This document shows positions 8,029 through 16,907 of a stretch of DNA of 64,000 nt, in pieces. Where the stretch lies: positions 352,001 through 416,000 of the forward strand of contig OY970218.1 of NCBI GenBank assembly GCA_963713975.1, in the 5' to 3' direction. The notes beneath the pieces are model-generated. The model was given only the letters and a program-made list of their open reading frames with translations, made no database searches and was not told the DNA's origin. Position 1 is the stretch's first letter; every line of letters begins with the position of its first letter. A program made the position numbers and the translations under genes. The DNA comes from an uncultured Chloroflexia bacterium. Lineage in GTDB: Bacteria; Chloroflexota; Limnocylindria; Limnocylindrales; CSP1-4.

Positions 8029-9126
8029 TCAGCCACCGAGGGCGAACATCTCCACCTTCGGGAGCCGTTCCGTCGCCGCGCTGCGCAGCTCCGAGTAGCG
8101 GTCAGTCCGGGCGCCCCACGAGGCCCGGATCCGGGCCTCGAGGTCCGAGTCGGTCTCCCCGTTCCGCAGCGGGGCCTTGAGGTCCGTGCCGTCGACGGCG
8201 AACAGGCACGTGTAGAGGTGCCCGTCCGCGGACAGTCGCGCCCGCGTGCAATCACCGCAGAACGGCTTCGTGACCGACGCGATGACGCCGATCTCGCCGG
8301 ACCCGTCGCGGTACCGGTAGCGACCCGCAACCTCGCCCCGGTAGTTGGCGGCGACGGGCTCGAGCGGCAGCTCCCCGTCGACGATGCCGAGGATCTCGTC
8401 CGCCGGCACGACATCGTCAAGGCGCCAGCCGTTCGCAGTCCCGACGTCCATGTACTCGATGAACCGCAGGATCAGCCCCTCGTCGCGAGCCCAGCGGGCG
8501 AGCGGCAGCACCGAATCCTCGTTGATCCCGCGCCGCACGACGGTATTGACCTTGATCGGCGCGAGGCCGGCGGCCCGCGCGGCCGCGATCCCGTCCAGGA
8601 CCCGGGAGACCGGGAACTCCACGCCGTTCAGCGCACCGGACACGGCATCGTCGAGCGAGTCGAGGCTCACCGTGATGCGCGTAAGGCCGGCCTCGCGCAG
8701 CGGCCCCGCGAGCGGTCGCAACGCCGAGCCGTTGGTGGTCAGGGTGAGGTCGACCGCATCACCGGCCGGCGTCCGCAGCCGCGCCAGCTGGCCGACCAGG
8801 AGCGGCAGGTCTCGGCGCAGCAGCGGCTCGCCGCCGGTGATCCGCAGCTTGCCCACCCCGAGGGTCAAGAAGATCGAGGCCAGCCGGCTGATCTCCTCGA
8901 AGGACAGGACCTGGTCGTGGGGCAGGAAGGCGAAGTCACGCCCGAACAGCTCCGCCGGCATGCAGTACGGGCAGCGGAAGTTGCAGCGGTCCGTGACCGA
9001 GATCCGCAGGTCACGGAGGGCCCTGCTGAACCGGTCCGGCAGGCCGGTCGGCTCGTCGAATGCGCCGGTGGCCCCCGGCGCGGCACCCACCTTCGGGGAC
9101 GGATCAGGATTGGTGTCAGGATTCAC
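8029..9126 (-). CDS. moaA: GTP 3',8-cyclase (Moco biosynthesis radical SAM)
   Basis: LRISVTDRCNFRCPYC, TGGEPLLR, FCGDCTRARL..LYTCLF, C-terminal GG. Confidence 0.96.
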   Translation of the reverse strand: MNPDTNPDPSPKVGAAPGATGAFDEPTGLPDRFSRALRDLRISVTDRCNFRCPYCMPAELFGRDFAFLPHDQVLSFEEISRLASIFLTLGVGKLRITGGEPLLRRDLPLLVGQLARLRTPAGDAVDLTLTTNGSALRPLAGPLREAGLTRITVSLDSLDDAVSGALNGVEFPVSRVLDGIAAARAAGLAPIKVNTVVRRGINEDSVLPLARWARDEGLILRFIEYMDVGTANGWRLDDVVPADEILGIVDGELPLEPVAANYRGEVAGRYRYRDGSGEIGVIASVTKPFCGDCTRARLSADGHLYTCLFAVDGTDLKAPLRNGETDSDLEARIRASWGARTDRYSELRSAATERLPKVEMFALGG

Positions 9127-9359
9127 CCGCCTATGGTAGACCGGGTCGGCGAGCGGGCCCGCGGCCGGCGGGCTCGCGGCGGGCCGGGTCGCGGACGCGG
9201 GCCAAGTCGATCCGACCAGATCACAAATGAGTGGTGCGCCCCGGTACCACCGGGACCACTGGCTGGTACCTCTAGCGAGTGCACCGGAGCCCACTCGGCC
9301 GCCTATGGTGCACGCAGGCCCCGGCCCTGCCTGCCGCTCACGAGGAAGAGAACCCGACC

Positions 9360-11084
9360 ATGGCGACCACCGACACGCGCTCCGGTTTCCGGCTCCCCTG
9401 GAGCTCCGATCGCGCCATCGATGCCGACGAGCATGCGCCTTCCGATGTCGCAGCCGAGACCGACGACGATGCGCCTTCCGATTCGGCCGCGTCAGAAGGC
9501 AGCGACCCCAATGCCAGCGCCGAGCCCGGCGCCCAGCCCCCCGAACCCGCCGCCGCGGGGCCGACCGGACCCCAGGAGCCCGCCATGATCGATCTGTATC
9601 CCACGGCCCCCCAGGTCCAGCAGGCGCCGAGAAAGCCATCCAAGCTCATGGCCGAGCTGACGACGGCGATCCGGGGCACCGCGGAAGCGGCCAGCGAGCA
9701 CGCCCTGACCCAGGTGGACACGGACCTCGCCCAGGTGGTCGAGACGATCCGGAACCTCGCCAAGGACGGCGAGGCCTCGCTGCGCGTCCGGTCTGACGAG
9801 GACACCGCCGCGATCAAGGAGTGGTCGCGCCTGGAGATCCAGCGGATCAAGCAGGAGACGGAGGCGAAGATCGACGCCCGCAAGGCGGCCCTCGACGGTG
9901 AGCTCGCGGCCCATGCGACTGCCATCGAGCAGCGTGTCGGCGATGTCAGCATCTCGGCCGATGCCTTCAGGTCGGAGATGGCCGCCTACGCTGAGCGCAT
10001 GGGGCAGGAGGAGGATCCCTCCCGTCTGGCCACCATGGCCGAGTCGATGCCCGAGGCCCCCCAGCTGGATGCCTGGGCGGATTTCGATGCCTTCCCGCTC
10101 GACCTCCCCGCCGCCGCGCTCGCCGTGGCGGCACAGACGGAGCGAGAGGCCGCTCTCGAGGCCGAGGCCCAGGCGGCGCTGCAGGCGGAGGCCGATGCGG
10201 CCCTGCAGGCGGAGGCCGATGCGGCCCTGCGCGCGGAGGCCAACGCGGCGTGGCAGGCACAGGCCGACGCGGCCGCGGACGAGGACGGCGCCGAGGAGCC
10301 GGAAACGGAAGCCGACTCGCAGGCCCGCGCCGACATGATGCTGGAGCCCGACCATACGGCTGAGGCGGTGACCGTGGACCAGGTCGAGGTCGAGGCCGAG
10401 CCAATCGTGGCCGAGGTCGAGGTCGAGGCCGAGCCAATCGTGGCCGAGGTCGAGGTCGAGGCCGAGCCAATCGTGGCCGAGGTCGAGGCCCAGGCCGAGC
10501 CAATCGTGGCCGAGGTCGAGGCCAGCCCCCCGCAGGCCACGAGGACCACGAACCCGTGGGGCGACGCGGAATCCGGCTGGGGCAGCGGCGCCACCAAGGC
10601 TGTTGCCAGCGCCATTCCCGCGTCAGATGACGCAGCCCGGGCCGCAGAAGCCCAGGCGGAGCTCGAGACAGGCCTCCTGGAGGCAGACGACAGCGTTGAG
10701 CCCGAGGCCGATGCCGCGCTGTCGGCCCGGCTGAGCGCCATGGGGTTCGATGCTGCCTACGCGGACGCGACGGCCTCCCTCGCGCTGGACGCCAACGGCG
10801 TCGCTGCAGGGACCGAGATGCTCGTGACCCAGGTCGTGGTCTCGGGGCTCGTCTCCGTCGCCAGCATCGCCAGCTTCAAGCGCCATCTCGGCCGCATCGG
10901 GGGAGTGCAGGCGGTCGCCGTTGCGTCCGGACCGAACGGAGAGTTCGTGTTCAACGTGACGCATGCGCCGAACGTCTCGTTCCGCGAGGCGCTCCCGACC
11001 CTGCCCGGGTTCGCGGCCCGGGTGACGAGCACCGGGAACGGCGTGGTCCAGGTCACTGCCCGAGATCCAGAGTCCGAGGCCTGA
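9360..11084 (+). CDS. Hypothetical coiled-coil/acidic low-complexity protein with conserved-looking C-terminal domain
   Basis: GAGGAAGAG RBS; helical Ala/Glu-rich region, tandem repeats, C-terminal beta-alpha-beta domain (VVVSGLVSVASIASFKRHL). Confidence 0.8.
   Translation: MATTDTRSGFRLPWSSDRAIDADEHAPSDVAAETDDDAPSDSAASEGSDPNASAEPGAQPPEPAAAGPTGPQEPAMIDLYPTAPQVQQAPRKPSKLMAELTTAIRGTAEAASEHALTQVDTDLAQVVETIRNLAKDGEASLRVRSDEDTAAIKEWSRLEIQRIKQETEAKIDARKAALDGELAAHATAIEQRVGDVSISADAFRSEMAAYAERMGQEEDPSRLATMAESMPEAPQLDAWADFDAFPLDLPAAALAVAAQTEREAALEAEAQAALQAEADAALQAEADAALRAEANAAWQAQADAAADEDGAEEPETEADSQARADMMLEPDHTAEAVTVDQVEVEAEPIVAEVEVEAEPIVAEVEVEAEPIVAEVEAQAEPIVAEVEASPPQATRTTNPWGDAESGWGSGATKAVASAIPASDDAARAAEAQAELETGLLEADDSVEPEADAALSARLSAMGFDAAYADATASLALDANGVAAGTEMLVTQVVVSGLVSVASIASFKRHLGRIGGVQAVAVASGPNGEFVFNVTHAPNVSFREALPTLPGFAARVTSTGNGVVQVTARDPESEA
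10175..10270 (+). repeat. In-frame 24-bp tandem repeat (ALQAEADA-like, about 4 copies)
   Basis: GCCCTGCAGGCGGAGGCCGATGCG unit with variants. Confidence 0.8.
10381..10523 (+). repeat. In-frame 33-bp tandem repeat (EVEVEAEPIVA, about 4.3 copies)
   Basis: CCAATCGTGG recurs at 10401, 10434, 10467 and 10500. Confidence 0.92.
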
Positions 11085-11088
11085 CGCC

Positions 11089-12321
11089 GTGGCCACCTTC
11101 CTCACGCGACCGGCAGTCGCCCTCCTCCTCCCGCCGGCCGAGCGCGATCCCGTTGCCAGCGAGCTCCACGCCGGCGGCTTCGATCCACTGCCGGTCGCCG
11201 ACCTTGATGCGCTCGATGCACTCGTGGCTGCTCGTTCAGACCTCGCGGTAGGGATCATCGACGCCGACGTGGAGCCGGAGGTGGCCGCGCAGGCGTGGGC
11301 AATGCTGCACGACCGCGGGCGCTCCATCCCGGCGCTGCTCATCGTCAACCCGTCCAACATGGACGCGCTGGACCTGGACGGGCCCGGCCACGAGGATGAC
11401 GAGTACCTGACGCGGCCCTACTCCGCGGAGGCGATCCGCTGGCGGGTTGAGGCGATCTGCATCCGCTCCATGGCCGTGGACGACGGCTCCGGGCCCGTGC
11501 TCCAGGGCACCTTCGACCCTGGCGAATGGAGCCGGCCCGGGCAGTTCATCAGCGTCTTCAACCCCAAGGGCGGCGTCGGCAAGACGATGCTGGCAACGAA
11601 CCTCGCGGCCACGCTTGTCGCCAAGGGACAGCGCGTCCTCCTGCTCGACGGGGACACTGTGACCGGCCATGTCAACATCTCGCTGGGCATGGATGCGGTC
11701 CCCACCGTCGTCGACGCCTGGCGCGACGAGCTGGAGGGCGGACCCTCGGTGTCGTTCCTCGAGCTCGCCTCGGCCCACTCGACGGGGCTCCGGATTCTGC
11801 CCCTGTCGGCGAGCCCCATCCATACCGAGCTGCTGGACCCCGAACGCGTCGCCACAGCTGTCGCCGTCGCGCGCCGTGCGGTCGACTTCGTGATCGCCGA
11901 TCTCCATCCGTCCTATAGCCCCCTTAACCGCGCGCTAATCGACAAGGCGGACCGGATCCTGGTGCCCGTCACGCCGGACCTGCCCGCGATCCGTGCCGTC
12001 GTCAAGCTCCGTGACGTCGCCGACGAGCTGGGCATGCGCGATCGCCTGACGCTGATCGTCAACCGGGCCGGAACCGGGGTTCCGGTCGAGGACATCGAGA
12101 AGGCGATCGGGGTCCCGTGCTACGCCGAGATCCGCTCCGCGGGCCTGATCGTCGTCAAGGCGGGCAACGAGGGCCGCACGCTCGTGGAGATCGCTCCGAG
12201 GGACGCGATCACGCGCGACTTCGACATCCTGGCCGATCGCCTGCTGGGCCGAACCACGGCGCAGCCCGCCAAGGCCGGCCTCGGCATCTTCGGGCGGCTG
12301 CAGCAGGCGGCGCGGGCCTGA
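11089..12321 (+). CDS. MinD/ParA/CpaE-family ATPase with N-terminal atypical receiver domain
   Basis: Deviant Walker A PKGGVGKT; receiver-like IIDAD...EYLTRPYS; C-terminal amphipathic GLGIFGRL. Confidence 0.88.
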   Translation: MATFLTRPAVALLLPPAERDPVASELHAGGFDPLPVADLDALDALVAARSDLAVGIIDADVEPEVAAQAWAMLHDRGRSIPALLIVNPSNMDALDLDGPGHEDDEYLTRPYSAEAIRWRVEAICIRSMAVDDGSGPVLQGTFDPGEWSRPGQFISVFNPKGGVGKTMLATNLAATLVAKGQRVLLLDGDTVTGHVNISLGMDAVPTVVDAWRDELEGGPSVSFLELASAHSTGLRILPLSASPIHTELLDPERVATAVAVARRAVDFVIADLHPSYSPLNRALIDKADRILVPVTPDLPAIRAVVKLRDVADELGMRDRLTLIVNRAGTGVPVEDIEKAIGVPCYAEIRSAGLIVVKAGNEGRTLVEIAPRDAITRDFDILADRLLGRTTAQPAKAGLGIFGRLQQAARA

Positions 12322-12390
12322 ACCGGCGCCGGCCGGGCCTGAACCCAGGTCCTGCGGCGCCTGGCCCGGGCGGGCCGCGCTTTCCGGCTC

Positions 12391-13074
12391 CTAGCTCCGT
12401 TCCTGCCAGCTCGTGCCGCCCATCGGCGCCCCCGGCAGGCGCTGGTGGGGCTGGCCCGTCCGCTTGTCCACCTGGACAACACCCCGCAGGTAGAAGCGGT
12501 TGATCAGGATCACCTCCACGTCCGGGTCGGTGACCTCGACATCCCCCAGACGTGCCGAGGCGTCCGCCACGGCGACGAACATCTCGGTCGAGCGGTCCAG
12601 GAGGCGGTCCGGCTCCGAGCCGGGGTGCAGGTACACGGTGCCGACCACGCGGAACGGCGGAACCTCGAGGGCGACGTCGTAGGCCACCTTGTGGACCTTG
12701 AGCGCGGCCCGCTCCGTATCGGTGAGGGGCGGCAGGCTGCCCTCACCGGCCGTCACCAGGATGAGGTCGTAGGGATCGACGCTCTTCAACCCGGGCGCCG
12801 GGTCCAGGGAGTCCGCGGCCGGCGCACCCCAGGTCACGTCCGTGATCTCGATGGCCTCGCGCTTGTTGAGCGCATCCGACAGGCGGCCCGTGATCTGCAT
12901 CCGGCCGCGGAGACGCCATTCCTCCGTGAGCGCGGTGAACGCGACACCGCGGGCCGCCCCCGCACGCATCTGCGCAAGGTCACGCCCCGCCGGCTGGCCG
13001 GCGCTCCCGGACCCGGCGGCCTCGGTTCCGCTCGTGCTCTCGGGCTTGCTTCGCTTCAGAAATCCGAACGGCAC
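12391..13074 (-). CDS. Hypothetical protein with two repeated beta-rich modules (DUF6812-like)
   Basis: RLRGRMQITGRLSDALN and RVVGTVYL..PDRLLD repeated modules; starts 5 nt after the acs stop with GGAGG RBS. Confidence 0.7.
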   Translation of the reverse strand: MPFGFLKRSKPESTSGTEAAGSGSAGQPAGRDLAQMRAGAARGVAFTALTEEWRLRGRMQITGRLSDALNKREAIEITDVTWGAPAADSLDPAPGLKSVDPYDLILVTAGEGSLPPLTDTERAALKVHKVAYDVALEVPPFRVVGTVYLHPGSEPDRLLDRSTEMFVAVADASARLGDVEVTDPDVEVILINRFYLRGVVQVDKRTGQPHQRLPGAPMGGTSWQERS

Positions 13075-13078
13075 CCGG

Positions 13079-15049
13079 TCATTCCTCCTCGGCCTTGCCG
13101 GTATTCGACCGGATGGTATCCACGACGGTGGCGTCTGCGAGCGTGGTCACGTCGCCCAGCGGCCTGCCCTCGGCGATGTCTCGCAACAGCCTGCGCATGA
13201 TCTTGCCGGACCGTGTCTTGGGAAGGTCCGGGACGAACATGAGGTGCTTGGGCCGGGCGATTGGACCGATCACGTAGGCGACGTGCTCTCGCAGCTGGAT
13301 CGCCAGCGTATCGGATGGCTCCTGCCCGGACTTGAGGATCACGAAGGCGAAGATCGCCTGGCCCGAGATGGCATCGCTCTTGCCCACCACGGCGGCCTCC
13401 GCGACCGACCGGTGGTCGACGAGCGCCGACTCCACCTCGGTCGTGCTGATCCGGTGGCCCGCGATATTCATGACGTCGTCGACGCGGCCCAGCAGCCAGA
13501 GGTAGCCCTCCTCGTCCCGCTTGGCGCCGTCGCCTGCGAAGTACATGCCCGGGAATCGGCTCCAGTACGTCTGCCGGAACCGGTCCGGGTCGCCGTAGAT
13601 ACCGCGGAGCATGCCCGGCCAGGGTCGCTTGAGCACGAGGTAGCCGCCGCCTCCCAACGGGACGGACCGCCCGTCGCCGTCGACCACGTCCACGTCGATG
13701 CCCGGCAACGCGAACGTCGCCGAGCCCGGCTTCGTGGTGGTGACCCCCGGCAGCGGACTGATCAGGATCTGGCCTGTCTCGGTCTGCCACCAGGTGTCCA
13801 CGACCGGCGTCCGGTCGCCCCCGATCACGTCGCGATACCAGCGCCAGGCCTCGGGGTTGATGGGCTCGCCGACCGATCCCAGGAGCCGCAACGACGAGAG
13901 GTCGTGTGCTCGGGGGATCTCCTCCCCCTCTTTCATGAAGGCGCGGATCGCCGTCGGGGCGCAGTACAGGATGCTGACCTTGTACTGCTCGATGATCTCC
14001 CACCAGCGATCCCACGTCGGGGCGTCCGGGGCGCCTTCGTAGAGGACCCCGGTGGAGGCGTTGGCGAGCGGGCCATAGACGATGTAGGAGTGCCCGGTCA
14101 CCCACCCGATGTCCGCGGCGCACCAATAGACGTCGTCGGGCTTGATATCGAACACGGCCCAGTGGGTGAACGCCGCACCCAGGAGGTAGCCGGCCGTCGT
14201 GTGCAGGATGCCCTTGGGCTTGGCGGTCGTGCCGGACGTGTACAGGAGATACAGCATGTGCTCGCTGTCCACGGGCACGGGCCGGCACACGTCGTCCTGG
14301 CGGTCCACGATCTCGTGCCACCAGTGGTCACGGCGCGGGACCATGTGGACCCCGTCCCCGAAGCGGTCGACCACGATCACGTGCTCGATCGAGGGCGTGT
14401 CCGCGACGGCCGCGTCGACGTGGTGTTTGAGGCCCACCTTCTTGCCCCGGCGCCAGCCGCCATCGGCGGTGATCAGCACCTTGGCGCCGCAGTCGTTGAT
14501 GCGACCCGACAGGGCTTCCGCCGAGAACCCGCCGAAGACCACGGTGTGGGGGGCGCCGATCCGGGCACAGGCCAGCATGGCGATCGGAAGCTCGGGCACC
14601 ATGGGCATGTAGATCGCGACCCGATCGCCCTTGCGGACACCCAGCTCCAGCAGGGCGTTGGCGGCCCTGGAGCTCTCGCGCATGAGGTCCGCGTAGGTCA
14701 GCGTTCGGGTGTCGCCGGGCTCCCCGATCCAGTGATAGGCCACCCTGTCACCCAGGCCGCGCTCGACGTGGCGGTCCACGCAGTTGTAGGCGACGTTGAG
14801 CTCCCCGCCGGTAAACCACCTCGCGTCCGGGAGGTCCCACTCCAGGGTCCGGTCATAGGGCGTGAACCATGAGAGGCGCTCCCGCGCCTGCCTGTCCCAG
14901 AACCCGACGTAGTCCGCATCGGCCTCGTCGTACAGGGCGGCGGTGGCGTTGGCCTGGGCGACGAACGCCGGATCCGGCGGAAACGTCCGCTTCTCGGCGA
15001 GGAGGTTCTCGATCTCAGGCCCTGCCTGGGCCTGGGGGTCGACAGTCAC
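13079..15049 (-). CDS. acs: Acetyl-CoA synthetase
   Basis: YTSGTTAKPKG, DTWWQTETG, GRVDDV, LPKTRSGKIMRR; GGAGG before GTG at 15049. Confidence 0.96.
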   Translation of the reverse strand: MTVDPQAQAGPEIENLLAEKRTFPPDPAFVAQANATAALYDEADADYVGFWDRQARERLSWFTPYDRTLEWDLPDARWFTGGELNVAYNCVDRHVERGLGDRVAYHWIGEPGDTRTLTYADLMRESSRAANALLELGVRKGDRVAIYMPMVPELPIAMLACARIGAPHTVVFGGFSAEALSGRINDCGAKVLITADGGWRRGKKVGLKHHVDAAVADTPSIEHVIVVDRFGDGVHMVPRRDHWWHEIVDRQDDVCRPVPVDSEHMLYLLYTSGTTAKPKGILHTTAGYLLGAAFTHWAVFDIKPDDVYWCAADIGWVTGHSYIVYGPLANASTGVLYEGAPDAPTWDRWWEIIEQYKVSILYCAPTAIRAFMKEGEEIPRAHDLSSLRLLGSVGEPINPEAWRWYRDVIGGDRTPVVDTWWQTETGQILISPLPGVTTTKPGSATFALPGIDVDVVDGDGRSVPLGGGGYLVLKRPWPGMLRGIYGDPDRFRQTYWSRFPGMYFAGDGAKRDEEGYLWLLGRVDDVMNIAGHRISTTEVESALVDHRSVAEAAVVGKSDAISGQAIFAFVILKSGQEPSDTLAIQLREHVAYVIGPIARPKHLMFVPDLPKTRSGKIMRRLLRDIAEGRPLGDVTTLADATVVDTIRSNTGKAEEE

Positions 15050-15119
15050 GGGTCCCTCCAACAGCTCACCTGGGTCGGGTCATTCTACGCGCCAGCCGGG
15101 CGAGGTCTCGCCGGTCGCG

Positions 15120-16067
15120 TCAGTCGGGCTCCCCGTCGTCCTCGTCACCGGTCTCGGCCCCGTCCGCCCCGGGGGCTCGGGCCGCCGTCCCGGCCGCCGT
15201 CTCGCGCGAGATGAACACTCGGTGCGGGAACGGGATCACGATCCCCGCCTCGCCAAACGCCACGAGCAGCCGGTGGCGGAACTCGCCGGCGGCGGCCCAT
15301 TGCTCGGAGGCCCGGACTGTCCCCGTGATCTTGAGCGTCACGCCCAATTCGTCGAGGGACTGGACGCGCAGCACGCTCGGGGCCTCGAGGACCCGTCGCC
15401 GCCACTCAGGATCCTCGTACATGGCGCGGCCCACGTTGTTGACGACCTCGATGGCGCGATCGATGTCCGTGTCGTAGGCAACCTGGATGTTCTCGTTGAC
15501 CCGGGCCCAGGTCCGCGTGCTGTTGGATGCGACCCGGATCTCACCGTTGGGGACCGTGTGGACCACCCCGGACAGGTCGCGCAGGGTGGTCCGCCGCAGG
15601 CTGAAGCTCTCGACGGTCCCGGTGGTGTCCGCGATCGTGACCACGTCTCCGATGCCGAACTGGTTCTCGACCAGGATGAGGGCCCCGTTGAAGTAGTCCC
15701 GGACGATGCTCTGCGTCCCGAAGCCGACGGCGATGCCCACGACGCCGAGACCGGCGAGAGCCGGACCGATGTTCAGGTTCAGCTCGCCGAGGATCATCAC
15801 GCCGGCGATCAGCAGGATGAACACGCGGATCACGTTCGTGCCCAGCCCGTCGAGGGTGTCGATCCGCTTCTGGACCTCCAGGGCCGACAACTCCTGGGCC
15901 GTGCCCTCGAGCTTCTCCCGGTCCAGCAGCCGCCTCACGACGCCGTGGACCGCCCCACGCGCGATCCGGATCAGGACGAGCGCGATGATGATGATCAGGA
16001 CGATCGGCACGATCGTCCCCTGGAAGAGCGTGAGCAGCCGCTCCTGCATTGCCGGCGAGATATCCAT
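15120..16067 (-). CDS. Small-conductance mechanosensitive channel family protein
   Basis: GIAVGFGTQSIVRDYFNG, ENQFGIGD, GTVE..SLRRT..VPNG. Confidence 0.92.
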   Translation of the reverse strand: MDISPAMQERLLTLFQGTIVPIVLIIIIALVLIRIARGAVHGVVRRLLDREKLEGTAQELSALEVQKRIDTLDGLGTNVIRVFILLIAGVMILGELNLNIGPALAGLGVVGIAVGFGTQSIVRDYFNGALILVENQFGIGDVVTIADTTGTVESFSLRRTTLRDLSGVVHTVPNGEIRVASNSTRTWARVNENIQVAYDTDIDRAIEVVNNVGRAMYEDPEWRRRVLEAPSVLRVQSLDELGVTLKITGTVRASEQWAAAGEFRHRLLVAFGEAGIVIPFPHRVFISRETAAGTAARAPGADGAETGDEDDGEPD

Positions 16068-16114
16068 CGGCGCCTAGCCTAGCGCCGCCGGGCATGCTGA
16101 CGCGAGACCGAAGC

Positions 16115-16885
16115 TCAGGCCGCCGTGCCCCCAAGCCGGATGGAGACCGCCGCGGCGGACTCGCGAACCTGCTGGACGAGCTCCGGCACGCGGCGCGGCG
16201 TGACCCGAAATGACGGGCCCCAGACGTCCACGGCGGCGGTGACCTGCCCTCGTGCGTCATGGACCGGGGCGGCCACGCCGTTGAGACCGCTGTCGTATTC
16301 GCCGAACGCCGTCGCGTAGCCGCGCCTGCGCACGCGCGCCAGCTCCTCCAACAGCGGCTCGAGCTGCGTGAGCGTCCGATCCGTGAAGCGGTCGAGGCCC
16401 CGCCGGACAAGCCGCAGGATCTCGCGCTCAGGCATGGCGGCAAGGAGCACCTTGCCCGCGGCGACGGAGTGGAGCGGTACGCCACGACCCGTCCAGTCGC
16501 CCACGGCCACCAGGTTGGGACCGTCGGCCTGGGCAACCGTCAGGAACAGGTCCCCGTCCACCACGCCCAGACCAGTCGTCTCGCGGGTGGCCCGGGCGAG
16601 TCGGTCAAGCTCCGGCATGGCAATGGCGCGCAGGTCCAGGGTGCGCTCCGCTCGCTCGGCGAGGCGGATCACGACCAGGCCCAACCGGTACTTGCCGGTC
16701 TCGTCGTCCTGTTCCACGAGGCCGCGCTTCTCGAGCGTCGCAAGCAGGCGCGACGCCGTCGACTTGTGGAGGCCCAGGCGGCGGGCCAGGTCGGTCACCC
16801 CGGCCTCGGCGTGGCATTCGCCGAGGGCGAGGAGGAGGGCCGCGGCGCGATCCACGGACCGGACGGCGTTCCCATCGAGCGTCAT
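16115..16885 (-). CDS. IclR-family transcriptional regulator
   Basis: VRSVDRA..LARRLGLHKSTASRLL HTH; PLHSVAAGKVLLA; RRRGYA..GVAAPV. Confidence 0.93.
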   Translation of the reverse strand: MTLDGNAVRSVDRAAALLLALGECHAEAGVTDLARRLGLHKSTASRLLATLEKRGLVEQDDETGKYRLGLVVIRLAERAERTLDLRAIAMPELDRLARATRETTGLGVVDGDLFLTVAQADGPNLVAVGDWTGRGVPLHSVAAGKVLLAAMPEREILRLVRRGLDRFTDRTLTQLEPLLEELARVRRRGYATAFGEYDSGLNGVAAPVHDARGQVTAAVDVWGPSFRVTPRRVPELVQQVRESAAAVSIRLGGTAA

Positions 16886-16907
16886 GCAATCGTCTCCGCT
16901 CGCGGGC

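Noticed and set aside
10381-10523. 33-bp repeats as a CRISPR array
   Set aside because: Head-to-tail with no unique spacers, in frame within a CDS, and no cas genes.
11089-12321. Tad pilus locus
   Set aside because: No tadA, tadB/C, flp or prepilin peptidase in the window.
12313-12345. Short direct repeat GGGCCTGAACC as an insertion target-site duplication
   Set aside because: The copies are only about 10 nt apart with no element between them; probably local duplication or chance.
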